DNA of 64,000 nucleotides from a candidate division WOR-3 bacterium UBA1063 (GTDB lineage: Bacteria; Hydrothermota; Hydrothermia; UBA1063). A program made the position numbers and the translations under genes. The stretch is from the NCBI GenBank assembly GCA_002316275.1, contig DCDE01000009.1, positions 15,349 through 79,348 on the forward strand. The letters are read 5' to 3'. Below, piece after piece: positions 12,193-21,829 of this stretch (the first letter of the stretch is position 1; the number at the start of each line of letters is the position of its first letter). The notes below the pieces were generated by a model that was given only the letters and a program-made list of their open reading frames with translations, ran no database searches and had not been told where the DNA came from.

Positions 12193-13405
12193 AGACTATG
12201 AGCCGATAGTCGGAAGGTTCCGAATACACGAGTTATACAAGTTAGGGGAGAAACTGAATGGGAAAATCATTCAAAATATAAATTCCACTGCAGTTGGTGG
12301 GGGTGTTGCCGAGATTCTGGATCGTATGGTTCCGCTTCTTAGACAGCTTGGCATTAATGCCAGGTGGGATGTGATAAAAGGTGGAGAAGAATTTTTTAAA
12401 ATTACGAAGAGATTTCACAATGCCTTACATGGGGTCAAATTGGATTTTCATGAGAAGGAATTTGAATATTTCCTTGAGGTGAATAGAGAGAATGCTGAGA
12501 TGATGGATCTCGTTGGAGATGTGATCTTTATCCATGACCCGCAACCTATTGCCCTTGTTGAGAAAAAGAAGGAAATTGGGAGAAACTGGCTCTGGAGATG
12601 TCACATTGATTTTTCTACACCCATACCGCAGATATGGGAGTTTTTGAAGGGGTACATTGAAGAGTATGATGCAGCCATTTTTTCTGCCCCTGCTTTTTCT
12701 AGAGAACTTAAAATTCCACAGGTCCTCATCTCCCCCTCCATAGATCCACTAAGTGACAAAAATAAAGAGTTATCTACTGAAGAAGTGAGAAGTGTCTTTG
12801 AGAGTTTTAAGATTGACTTATCGAGGCCAGTGGTAACTCAAATTTCGCGATTTGACTATCTAAAGGACCCGTTGGGGGTCATCGATGCGTATAAAATGGC
12901 AAAAAAGTACGTAGATTGCCAGCTGGTCCTCGCTGGTGGCCCCGCCACTGACGATCCAGAGGGAGAGATTGTCTTTAATGCAATAAAAGAAAGGGCTGCT
13001 TCAGATCCTGATATATTTATTCTTCTTTTGCCTCCTGCTAGTGACATAGAAATTAATGCCTTACAGAGAGGATCAACTATTGTATTGCAAAAATCTCTAA
13101 AAGAGGGATTTGGATTGACTGTTGCGGAGGCGCTTTGGAAAGAGAGACCAGTGATTGCCAGTGCAGTTGGTGGAATTCCGCTTCAGATTACCCACAAGTA
13201 CTCTGGAATTCTCACCCGTACCGTTGAAGGGACATCTTTTTGGATTAAGCAATTGATTCAAGAGCCCGATTTTGCAAGGATGCTTGGCAAGAATGGGAAG
13301 GAGCGTATCAAGAATAACTTTCTCATCACTAGGCACCTTACGGATTATATGTTGACCTTTCTCCATCTTATGGAGGGTGGAGCAGAAGATATAGTTTATC
13401 TATGA
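12179..13405 (+). CDS. GT4-family glycosyltransferase, TreT-like (candidate trehalose glycosyltransferring synthase)
   Basis: The N-terminal NSTAVGGGVAEILDRMVPLLRQLGINARWDVI and C-terminal EGFGLTVAEALWKERPVIASAVGGIP are GT-B/GT4 signatures resembling archaeal TreT. The context is trehalose genes. Confidence 0.6.
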   Translation: MRRIEDYEPIVGRFRIHELYKLGEKLNGKIIQNINSTAVGGGVAEILDRMVPLLRQLGINARWDVIKGGEEFFKITKRFHNALHGVKLDFHEKEFEYFLEVNRENAEMMDLVGDVIFIHDPQPIALVEKKKEIGRNWLWRCHIDFSTPIPQIWEFLKGYIEEYDAAIFSAPAFSRELKIPQVLISPSIDPLSDKNKELSTEEVRSVFESFKIDLSRPVVTQISRFDYLKDPLGVIDAYKMAKKYVDCQLVLAGGPATDDPEGEIVFNAIKERAASDPDIFILLLPPASDIEINALQRGSTIVLQKSLKEGFGLTVAEALWKERPVIASAVGGIPLQITHKYSGILTRTVEGTSFWIKQLIQEPDFARMLGKNGKERIKNNFLITRHLTDYMLTFLHLMEGGAEDIVYL

Positions 13406-13721
13406 GTATTTAAATATTGCTTAAACTAAATATCCAACAGTATGCATTAATAAAAAAATAAAAGAAGAGTAGATTATTTGGGAATATGTTTTTCGTCTTG
13501 TTTAGCTGAAATCAGAATTTTTAACTGAACTACTCCGGTTTGATGTAGAATTTGACTATACCTCAAGTCCCCCTTTGATTTAGGTTAAAGCAGCCTAAGG
13601 TAAAAGCAAAGTTTGAGAAAGGTAGGATATAAAGAAATTGAAGAAGTGTTAGAGTGAGGTTATACTCTATCATATACATGTAAAGTTGGTTAAAACATTC
13701 TTATGTGTAAAGGAGGGAGAG

Positions 13722-14729
13722 ATGGTAAGTGGGAACATAAATAGAGTGTTCTTAGTACTTATCGTTGTGTTTCTCGCAAGTTGTGCCCCACGATATGGGG
13801 AGTATTGGCGTACGGTTGTAGATCCTCAAGAAGGTGGTCGGAGGTTATCCAAGGTTACAGAGAAAGAAGACCTTGTAGATACAGAGGCGCGCTTCGCAGT
13901 GAGCAAAGATGGTCAAAGGCTAGCTTTTACATCGTGGAAGAGCGGAAATGGTGACATCTATGTGAAAAGCTTAATTGGGGGTAAGGCGCTATTGCAGCGT
14001 ACGTACCGACCCGAGACCGAACTTGCCCCTTCATTTTCGCCCGATGGGACCAATCTGGTGTATTATGCTTACAGGGATGGTAACTATCACATTTATATGA
14101 TAGGAGCGGAATCTGGAATGGCAATTCAACAGATAACTACAAATACCCCCACTCATGCAGTTTATCCTACTTTCTCTCCTGATGGTAAAGTCATTGTATT
14201 TAACTCTGTTGATTTCATATGGAACTCTCAAACTGGCAACTATCAGTATGTTCAGAATAGTGAGATCATCTGGACCTATGACCTAACTACGGGTAGGTTA
14301 ACGCAGTATACTTTGGGTTTGATGCCCAGGTTTACACCTGATGGAAAAGGTATTATGTTTAAGAGAGCCTCTAAGACGGGTAGCGGCTACTATAGTTTAT
14401 GGGTAATGGACGTAGTGTCAGGTGCAGAAACTGAATTAATTTCAGGGTTTGACTTTGGAGTTGGGGATTTTGACATATCGCCAGACGGGAAGAAGATTGT
14501 TTTTTCAACAGATAAAGGCACTGGCAATACAACCAGTGAGCCGAGAAATTCAAATATTTGGGTCATAAATATAGATGGTACAGGTCTGACTCAGCTTACA
14601 TATCATTTAAGTGATGACCTGCACCCGATTTGGGCTCCTGACATGTCTGGGATTTATTTTTTATCCTGTCGAGGTGAAGAAAGAAAAGATGTTATGAATA
14701 TCTGGAGGATGGAATATGAGACAAAGTAA
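13722..14729 (+). CDS. TolB-like PD40 beta-propeller lipoprotein
   Basis: A strong RBS (AAGGAGGG) precedes ATG 13722. The signal has a lipobox (VFLASC). Repeated PD40 motifs are present (FSPDGTNLVYY, FSPDGKVIVF, FTPDGKGIMF, ISPDGKKIVF). Confidence 0.6.
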   Translation: MVSGNINRVFLVLIVVFLASCAPRYGEYWRTVVDPQEGGRRLSKVTEKEDLVDTEARFAVSKDGQRLAFTSWKSGNGDIYVKSLIGGKALLQRTYRPETELAPSFSPDGTNLVYYAYRDGNYHIYMIGAESGMAIQQITTNTPTHAVYPTFSPDGKVIVFNSVDFIWNSQTGNYQYVQNSEIIWTYDLTTGRLTQYTLGLMPRFTPDGKGIMFKRASKTGSGYYSLWVMDVVSGAETELISGFDFGVGDFDISPDGKKIVFSTDKGTGNTTSEPRNSNIWVINIDGTGLTQLTYHLSDDLHPIWAPDMSGIYFLSCRGEERKDVMNIWRMEYETK

Positions 14730-15486
14730 TTTTGTAAAAAGTGGAATGGTCATAATGATGTGCATGTCTTTCGTTAGAGGCCTGATGGCTGGAGCACCTC
14801 CAGGTACCTCTGAGTATGCGCCGGCCAAAAAGCCTTCATATGAACGACTGGACAAACTGACAGGCATAGTGTTCGATCTTGGTTTTTATTCTCCATCACT
14901 GAAAATGGTCAGGGAGGATTTAGAATACTATGGCTTTGCTCCTATGAAGAACAAACTTGTATATAACATTGGTATTTCGAATCATAATAAAGGGCTAATA
15001 TCCCAACACTTTTTTTCCTACTGGTCGGGTATTTCGGAGAGAGCGGATTTTGTCGAAAAAATGGACTTTTATATGTATCATGCTAATGTTTATTTTGAAA
15101 TTACAGCTATTTCTGACCTAATATCGCCTGAGAGAATCTTTAAACCTGAATTGGGTATCACAATAAGAGATGTGGTTGCAGTAATGCAAGATAAGTATCC
15201 TCTCTTTGACCCTGATCAGTACGTAACTACTGTTGGTATGACTATGGACTTTGGACCCTCCCTCAGATTTGAGATTTTCCTACCTGTAGAGCCGTTGAAA
15301 AATATTGCGTTCACATTGGCAGCAGATTATATCGTGTTGAGTTTACCACTTATGAAGCTTGATATTTTTGACACGAATATTCCCGATATGGACGTTACAG
15401 ATGATTATGTAAATCATAATAGCGAGAAATTTAAGGTGGAGACTAACGGATTAATTCTTAAGGGTGGGATAGGCATATATTTCTGA
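14716..15486 (+). CDS. Putative small outer-membrane beta-barrel protein
   Basis: It has a signal-like N-terminus, alternating amphipathic beta patterns and a C-terminal ...GGIGIYF with terminal Phe. The start overlaps the upstream lipoprotein gene by 14 bp. Confidence 0.35.
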   Translation: MRQSNFVKSGMVIMMCMSFVRGLMAGAPPGTSEYAPAKKPSYERLDKLTGIVFDLGFYSPSLKMVREDLEYYGFAPMKNKLVYNIGISNHNKGLISQHFFSYWSGISERADFVEKMDFYMYHANVYFEITAISDLISPERIFKPELGITIRDVVAVMQDKYPLFDPDQYVTTVGMTMDFGPSLRFEIFLPVEPLKNIAFTLAADYIVLSLPLMKLDIFDTNIPDMDVTDDYVNHNSEKFKVETNGLILKGGIGIYF

Positions 15487-15739
15487 ATGCGCGGTAAATA
15501 GAGAAACTAAGGATTGGTGCTTTGTAAAGTATCAAATTTGAACTAATAGATTAATGGTTTTCCATCAATTAAAATTGATGACAAGTTTTATCATATTTTC
15601 CCTAAACTCTTCAGGAATTTTTAAGACAGGTTTAAATATAATTAGCTTAAAGTAGACTACCTTTTCGTTACCCCAAGATTTTGTCAGATTTCTTTAATGC
15701 TTTGACAATATAAAGTTTTTGCTTTACTCTATTTACACT

Positions 15740-17152
15740 ATGTTACGCAATTTCTTAGTAATGTTAGTAGTTTATCCTATTTCATTCAATGGATATTTTG
15801 AGGGGGAATATCTCGCGCAAAAGTCAAGGCTCCCAGTGAGATGGGACATGTGGAATCCAAAGAATTATTTCGAGATGAAGTTTACGGTAAACCCATCTCC
15901 TGGTGTCACAGGATTTTTCTCCCTCGCGGCCCTTTCGAATTCTAATGGAATGAGGTTCTATATGAACCAGGGTCACCTAACCTATCGTGCTTCAAATACG
16001 GAGTTCACTGCCTTTTCCAGGGAAGACCGTTTTTGGATTTCCAGCCCATTATTATTTCTGGTAAACACTGATAGAATAAAAGATGATTCTTACGGACCAA
16101 AGGCAGAGGGTATCAGGTTTGATTTGTGGGAATGGAAAGGCTTTTACGGTGCCCTGATTGCGTCTAAATTCAGAACCTGGGATGGTGAAGCCTATCTTGG
16201 TTCGATCTCAAAGATGTTTGGGCAGAACTTTGAGCTCGGAGGTATTTACCTCAAAAAAGACTGGAGAGGAGAGGGGGCTTCTTTTAACAGTATTTATTCT
16301 CTGAATGGGAGGAGTCACATTAAGGGCCCACTCAACTTACGCTTTGAGATAGCAAAAAGTATTCATCCTTCCCAGCTTACACCGGAGAAGTCTGATGATT
16401 ATGCCGTTGAACTTGAATTCAGGAGGATTAAGATCCAGAATTTGTCGGTAGCATGGAGTCTTTTCAATTATGGGATTGACTTTATTGATGAGTTTTCGAA
16501 CAAATTTAATTTGAGTTATGATAGAGAATTTGATAGAAGGGGTGTATATGGTGAGTTTGTATATATGGTCCCTTATAAAGCTGTGAATTTGATTTATAAA
16601 ACTCGATACTGGCAATCGCGCTTTGACGAAACCTATCCAGGGTTTCAGCTTCCAGAAACTTACAGCAAATGGTGGAATTATGGTGAGATATACATTGAAT
16701 ACTACGGTGGAGTTTCTTCAAAGTTCTATGTCGAATCTACGAAGGATACTGCAGAGACCTGGAATCATCTATTTTTTGAAATAGGAGGGGAGAATAGTAC
16801 GATGAAACTCCGCCTTCAGTACAAAATCATGGACATTGGTATAAATAAGAACGGGCAAGCAGTTTATTATTCGATTGGAGAGAGGAATTTGGTTGGAGCT
16901 GAGTTTAGAGTAAATTTAACTCAGAATTTATTTTTTTATGGGAGAGCCTCGGTAGGTATGGGTGTGGGTAGGTCATGGGAAAGCGTTTTTCTACAGCTCG
17001 GGTATAGGGGAATCAAAAACACTGAGATATTTTTAGAGTATGGGGAGCCTGGTCATACCGATGGAGATCTGGTGAACGACTGGGATTTCTCCAATAACCC
17101 TTATCTTAGAACCGATGATAAGGTTAAACTCCTTGCAAAATATTGGTTCTGA
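15740..17152 (+). CDS. Putative outer-membrane beta-barrel protein (first gene of the CBM48 surface locus)
   Basis: A signal-like MLRNFLVMLVVYPISF is followed by Tyr/Gly-rich alternating strands and a C-terminus ...KLLAKYWF with terminal Phe. The start is uncertain; the track gives a TTG at 15719. Confidence 0.4.
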   Translation: MLRNFLVMLVVYPISFNGYFEGEYLAQKSRLPVRWDMWNPKNYFEMKFTVNPSPGVTGFFSLAALSNSNGMRFYMNQGHLTYRASNTEFTAFSREDRFWISSPLLFLVNTDRIKDDSYGPKAEGIRFDLWEWKGFYGALIASKFRTWDGEAYLGSISKMFGQNFELGGIYLKKDWRGEGASFNSIYSLNGRSHIKGPLNLRFEIAKSIHPSQLTPEKSDDYAVELEFRRIKIQNLSVAWSLFNYGIDFIDEFSNKFNLSYDREFDRRGVYGEFVYMVPYKAVNLIYKTRYWQSRFDETYPGFQLPETYSKWWNYGEIYIEYYGGVSSKFYVESTKDTAETWNHLFFEIGGENSTMKLRLQYKIMDIGINKNGQAVYYSIGERNLVGAEFRVNLTQNLFFYGRASVGMGVGRSWESVFLQLGYRGIKNTEIFLEYGEPGHTDGDLVNDWDFSNNPYLRTDDKVKLLAKYWF

Positions 17153-17166
17153 AAAGGAGTGGGACT

Positions 17167-19005
17167 ATGCGAAATTTCATTGCTCTTTTGTTTTTAGTGC
17201 AGGCAGTTAAAACTACGCCCCAGGGGGTTAGATTTGAGTATTACAACCCCAAGGCGATGGAAGTTTATCTTGCTGGTGATTTCAATGATTGGTCAACTAC
17301 ATTAAGCCCAATGAAGAAGGAGAGTGATGGGACCTTTTGGCTCACTCTAAAGCTATCGCCTGGTAAGTATGAGTACAAATTTATCGTTGATGGTCAGTGG
17401 ACTGCGGATCCGGACAATCCAGTAACTGCTGGTGTTTATGGTAATTCTCTCATTAGAGTTGGTGAGGGGTACACCATACTGCCACCAGAAATGGCTACAA
17501 ATACCCCGATAAGTTCTATTGTAAATTTCAACATCGATGCCAGGGGTAATCTTACCCTGGATAGAGATACTCTTGAGAGCGGTAAATGGCAATATAGAGC
17601 CTATGATTATATGCAAGATCTGAAACTGGACATGGATGCAAATCTCGAGGATAAGGCAGACCTATGGGTGAGGATTAGATACAATACTAAATTATACAGG
17701 GAGCAATCAACGCAGCTCATTCCTCTTAAGTTTGAGAGAGGATTCTTTACTATGAATGGAGGGACTTTTAAATTTCATGCGTTTTACAATGCGGTAAAGG
17801 TCAAAGGTCCTGATCCTTTTAAGCTTCTTGCTGAGGTGGGTGAATTTCGTAGGGATTTTGGTGATGGGGAACAAGGAATACTGCTATCTTTTGACAGAGC
17901 CCTTGTCCTACAAGATGTGCATCTGGCTTATTCGAATAATATACTTAACGATAGGGATTTACTCTATGCTCATATCGGGAGAGAATTTGGGCGGTTCAGC
18001 CTGGGTGCATTGTATAGGGGTCAGAGGGGACTTGAGAAGCTTTACAGGGTTCCATCGCCAGATAGTCTTGAAGAGGAAGGAAGCTTACTTTACTTCAATA
18101 CTTATGAAAATGAGAACCTATATGGAGCCTATTTAAATTATTTAGGGAATGGTTTTAGCCTTTCCCTTGGCGGTATTTTAGGGGATCGCCAACTTATTGC
18201 GGGCGAAAGGTATCGAGATGATACTCCTTATCCGGTAAATCGAAGCTGGCCTAAATCTGATATTCTTAAAGGCCTTTTTGAATTACAGGCTCTTACGGGC
18301 AAATGGATTCACAAAGCTTTTATTAACTATGAAAGGCACTCTTACGATGATCTTTTTGTGCAAGCAGGAAATAGATACTTTGAGTATATCAGGGCTGGCG
18401 CGTGTACAGACTACAATGGCTATTTTGGGTTAAATTTCAAATATACCTTATTGAATACTGATTCTCTTATGAAATGGGAGTATCTATTCGAAGATATTGA
18501 AAACCAGAGGCTGGAATATGGTGAATTTCCTTTTATAGGATACGAACACTATTTAACCCTTAATCCATTTTTTAAGGTTCAATTTAAAGGTATAAACCTC
18601 AGGTATGATGGTAAATTCTCTTCGTACGCAATAAACCAAAAACCCTATACCTTTGAAAATATATTCCACATGGATTTTGTTTTATTTAAGCCAGTGATTA
18701 CTTACGAACTTAGAGCTTTCACTATTAAGAGCACTTTCCTCGATGTTGACAAGACTTTTTTTGATCATTTCGCGGAAATAGCGTATCCAGTAGCTAAGAA
18801 TGTTCAACTTTCATTAAATTATGGTTATATGCCATGGAATTTGGAAGACGAGTACATCGCAAGAAGAGAGTACTTGGCAACCCAAGGTGTGGATTATTCT
18901 CTTATCAAGAATAATTTCAAAGGTCTCGGCAGTTTCTTAGAGATTGCGGAGTCAGCGCTTTCGGAGCAAAAGGGAGTTCAGTTATGGCTAAAAATTGCGT
19001 TTTGA
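17167..19005 (+). CDS. Secreted protein with an N-terminal AMPK-beta-type glycogen-binding module (CBM48) fused to a large predicted outer-membrane beta-barrel
   Basis: An RBS (aaaaggag) precedes ATG 17167 and the signal MRNFIALLFLVQAV. Residues around 25-105, EVYLAGDFNDW...GKYEYKFIVDGQWTADPDNPVTAGVYGNSLIRV, closely match the AMPK beta GBD/CBM48 (EVYLSGSFNNW...GEHQYKFFVDGQWTHDPSEPIVTSQLGTVNNIIQV). The roughly 500-aa beta-rich C-terminus ends ...LWLKIAF. Confidence 0.6.
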   Translation: MRNFIALLFLVQAVKTTPQGVRFEYYNPKAMEVYLAGDFNDWSTTLSPMKKESDGTFWLTLKLSPGKYEYKFIVDGQWTADPDNPVTAGVYGNSLIRVGEGYTILPPEMATNTPISSIVNFNIDARGNLTLDRDTLESGKWQYRAYDYMQDLKLDMDANLEDKADLWVRIRYNTKLYREQSTQLIPLKFERGFFTMNGGTFKFHAFYNAVKVKGPDPFKLLAEVGEFRRDFGDGEQGILLSFDRALVLQDVHLAYSNNILNDRDLLYAHIGREFGRFSLGALYRGQRGLEKLYRVPSPDSLEEEGSLLYFNTYENENLYGAYLNYLGNGFSLSLGGILGDRQLIAGERYRDDTPYPVNRSWPKSDILKGLFELQALTGKWIHKAFINYERHSYDDLFVQAGNRYFEYIRAGACTDYNGYFGLNFKYTLLNTDSLMKWEYLFEDIENQRLEYGEFPFIGYEHYLTLNPFFKVQFKGINLRYDGKFSSYAINQKPYTFENIFHMDFVLFKPVITYELRAFTIKSTFLDVDKTFFDHFAEIAYPVAKNVQLSLNYGYMPWNLEDEYIARREYLATQGVDYSLIKNNFKGLGSFLEIAESALSEQKGVQLWLKIAF

Positions 19006-19385
19006 GCATGATCATTTTACTGAGTAGCTGTGTGGTTCTGAATCAGATTAAGCCAAGGGTTCCTGCACCATATAAAACCCCTGAAGGTATCCTATTCCAG
19101 TTCTATGCTCCATCGGCTATGTATGTTAATCTAGCCGGGGACTTCAATAGATGGTGTGGAACTCAAGATGGTCCCTTTAATCCAACCCTGGGCAAGATGT
19201 ATGATGACGGATCGAACGGTGATAAAAAAGCTGGCGATGGGATTTGGACTGTGGTACTTCCGCTAAGGCCCGGCACTTATCAGTACAAGTATGTTGTAAA
19301 TGGCTCAAGCTGGTACTTGGATCCATCGAATCCTGAAAATATACAATCGGGTTCGTTTACGAACTCTCTTTTAAGGGTAGAATGA
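18984..19385 (+). CDS. Small lipoprotein consisting of a single CBM48 / glycogen-binding domain
   Basis: It has a lipobox (LLSSC) and NLAGDFNRW...GTYQYKYVVNGSSWYLDPSNPENIQSGSFTNSLLRVE, the same GBD signature. Its start overlaps the upstream stop region, and its stop overlaps the next start (ATGA). Confidence 0.65.
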   Translation: MAKNCVLSMIILLSSCVVLNQIKPRVPAPYKTPEGILFQFYAPSAMYVNLAGDFNRWCGTQDGPFNPTLGKMYDDGSNGDKKAGDGIWTVVLPLRPGTYQYKYVVNGSSWYLDPSNPENIQSGSFTNSLLRVE

Positions 19386-19771
19386 AACGTGTGAAAATCT
19401 TGAAATACTTTGCGGTAGTTATCCTTGTGGTTCAGATTGTTCTTCTTGTATACTCCCGTATTTATTTTCGTGAACCTGTTGCTGGAGAAGTTCACAGTAA
19501 TTTTCTAAGGATATCACTCTTGATTGGCAGCGCTATGATGGTTATATTGACGAGGTATTTTTTGCGTTTCGTGAGTATGTTAAATGAATCAAAGGGTATT
19601 TTCCTTTTACAACTTTTGTGTTTTATTCCTGCACTTTTAATTCCCATTGGTGGGTTTGCCTTTGCGTATTTCACACGTTCGGGAGATGAATATCTTCTTT
19701 TCTTTATTATAGGGCTTTATCATCTTGTAAGATATTATAGCCCTATAACTAAAATGGGAGGAGCATTATGA
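19382..19771 (+). CDS. Small integral membrane protein (3-4 predicted TM helices)
   Basis: The 129-aa product is hydrophobic and helix-rich. It is translationally coupled to both neighbours (ATGA upstream, 4-bp overlap downstream). Confidence 0.4.
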   Translation: MKRVKILKYFAVVILVVQIVLLVYSRIYFREPVAGEVHSNFLRISLLIGSAMMVILTRYFLRFVSMLNESKGIFLLQLLCFIPALLIPIGGFAFAYFTRSGDEYLLFFIIGLYHLVRYYSPITKMGGAL

Positions 19772-21144
19772 AGAAGTTATTTCCGTTAGTAATATTTGTA
19801 AGTCTTATGGCCTGTGCCAAGGAGGAGGGTGACCCTTTGATAAATCCCCCTGGGCAGACCCATAGAACCCAGTACAATTCGATCCAAATTGTTGGTGATT
19901 TCCAGGGCTGGAATCTTAACGATTTTGAAAATACAAAGATGGACCTGGTGCAAGATTACAAGTGGGAGAGGCTCACATACTTCAATGCACCTCAGGATAG
20001 CATAAGATTTAAGATAGTCGCCAACAGGGACTGGAATTACGCTTTTGGCACTGTTGGAGCAGATACGGGGCTCACCGGATATGCCGAACCTAATTGTAAC
20101 GGGCTTGGAGATCATATTACTGCGGGGCCCATCTATCGAGCTGGTTACTGGAAATTTGAATTTAATGAAAATACGCTATTTTATAGAATCTCCCTTGTTT
20201 CGACACCACAGGGTAAAATATACGGTAAAGTGGCGTTTCAAGATGATAGTTTACCCCCGTTACCTGAGGCTACTATCAGAGTTTACAGAGATACTGTTAG
20301 TATCGTTTCTGTGAAGAGCGATACACTGACGGGGAATTACGAAGTTAGTAATCTCGAGGATGGAAATTACAGACTCTACTTTGAAGCTGCGGGTTATAAA
20401 CCAGATTCTATTTCACTAACCATAAGTGGTTGGAGCACCATTGATGCAGGGACCGTTGTGTTAGTGCCAGAGGCTGGAAATGAATATGCATTTGCAGATG
20501 GTCCTTTTGTCAGCATCCAAGTGGACGGGAATCTAAGTGATTGGCCCTATACTGCAGTCCAAGACACCATAGGAGATAGTCCGTGGGCGGCTTCAGGTGA
20601 CTTAGGTGCCCTATATGTAGGGCATGATGAAAGGAACTTATATATTGCTGTGGACTATGTTGCATCAAATAATGCTATAATTATTTACATTAATGTCAAT
20701 AATGCCGACACTACCGATGGAACACTCAATGGGAATACGCTGGATTGGTTTGCCCGTAATTTCCTGTTTGCCGATTCCACGCCTGCAGAGTTTATTGTTG
20801 CAAAGTGGGTAGGCGAGGGTGCTCCCGAGCCTGCATTGAGGCATATTTTATCTGGGACAACTACTCAGGAAGTACCTCAAGGTGATTACGAAGTTATTAA
20901 CACTGTCCCACCCTCAGGCGGACGGGGCGTAGTGGAAGTAAGGATACCTTATGATGTGCTTTATAACTTAGGTCAAGATAGAGTGATGCCTTATGCAAAA
21001 GCCCGTGTGGTAGTGGTGATTGCAGGTGGAGATAACTGGAATGGACCGGAGAGTTTGCCTGAAAACAGTGGAACAGATGGTTCGGGCGCCCCAACCCTTC
21101 TTGAAAATATGTATGTAGAAGAAATTGACTCAGATGGTCAATAA
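19768..21144 (+). CDS. Multidomain surface lipoprotein with a starch-binding-like N-domain, a CarboxypepD_reg-like domain and a DOMON/CBM9-like domain
   Basis: It has RBS GGGAGGAG and a lipobox (LMAC). The N-domain is IVGDFQGWN...W...RDWNYAFG. A second domain reads IRVYRDTVSIVSVKSDTLTGNYEVSNLEDGNYRLYFEAAGYKPDS. The C-terminal domain carries a VDGNLSDW motif shared with the ORF at 61423..62445. Confidence 0.5.
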   Translation: MKKLFPLVIFVSLMACAKEEGDPLINPPGQTHRTQYNSIQIVGDFQGWNLNDFENTKMDLVQDYKWERLTYFNAPQDSIRFKIVANRDWNYAFGTVGADTGLTGYAEPNCNGLGDHITAGPIYRAGYWKFEFNENTLFYRISLVSTPQGKIYGKVAFQDDSLPPLPEATIRVYRDTVSIVSVKSDTLTGNYEVSNLEDGNYRLYFEAAGYKPDSISLTISGWSTIDAGTVVLVPEAGNEYAFADGPFVSIQVDGNLSDWPYTAVQDTIGDSPWAASGDLGALYVGHDERNLYIAVDYVASNNAIIIYINVNNADTTDGTLNGNTLDWFARNFLFADSTPAEFIVAKWVGEGAPEPALRHILSGTTTQEVPQGDYEVINTVPPSGGRGVVEVRIPYDVLYNLGQDRVMPYAKARVVVVIAGGDNWNGPESLPENSGTDGSGAPTLLENMYVEEIDSDGQ

Positions 21145-21829
21145 GGAGGGCGATAAATTAAGTGACTACCCTTATACGAAAGTGGATGAAGATACCGTTA
21201 AGAAGATATTAGAGATCCTCGAAAGCGAGTCAAGTAAGTGGAATGCTCCAGTTAAAGTCCTTAAAAGTAAGACAAGTGAACCCTTTAGAGTTCTGATAAG
21301 TGCTATTATTAGTACGAGAACCAAGGATGAAGTTACGGTGGAGAGTACGGAAAGGCTTTTTTCCCTTGCGAAAACTCCTTATGAGCTTGCGCGGTTAGAT
21401 GTAATTGAAATCGAAAAAGCAATTTACCCGTGTGGTTTTTTTCGGACCAAGGCAAAGAATATAAAAGAAACTTCAAGGATCCTCTTTGAAGAGTTTAATT
21501 CCAGGGTGCCGGATAATATGGAGGACCTCTTAAGGCTTCCTGGTGTAGGCAGAAAAGTCGCTAATATTGTATTATCGCGAGTATATGGGCAGAAGGCTAT
21601 TGCAGTGGATACCCATGTGCACAGGATTTCCAATAGGGTTGGGCTTGTTAACACAAAAACGCCCGAGGAAACGGAACTTGAGCTTACAAAGGTTTTACCC
21701 CAAGAGTGGCAATCGAGGTTTAATGAGCTTATGGTTGCCTTTGGACAAGTGATATGTAGGCCCATAAAACCATGGTGTGACGAGTGCCCAATTTCAAAAT
21801 ATTGCCCTAAAATACGAGTGAAAAGGTGA
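21134..21829 (+). CDS. nth: Endonuclease III (HhH-GPD DNA glycosylase with 4Fe-4S cluster)
   Basis: The HhH-GPD motif LLRLPGVGRKVANIVL...VDTHVHRISNRVG and a C-terminal CRPIKPWCDECPISKYC cluster loop are present. The start is ATG 21134 or the TTG at 21125. Confidence 0.85.
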   Translation: MVNKEGDKLSDYPYTKVDEDTVKKILEILESESSKWNAPVKVLKSKTSEPFRVLISAIISTRTKDEVTVESTERLFSLAKTPYELARLDVIEIEKAIYPCGFFRTKAKNIKETSRILFEEFNSRVPDNMEDLLRLPGVGRKVANIVLSRVYGQKAIAVDTHVHRISNRVGLVNTKTPEETELELTKVLPQEWQSRFNELMVAFGQVICRPIKPWCDECPISKYCPKIRVKR

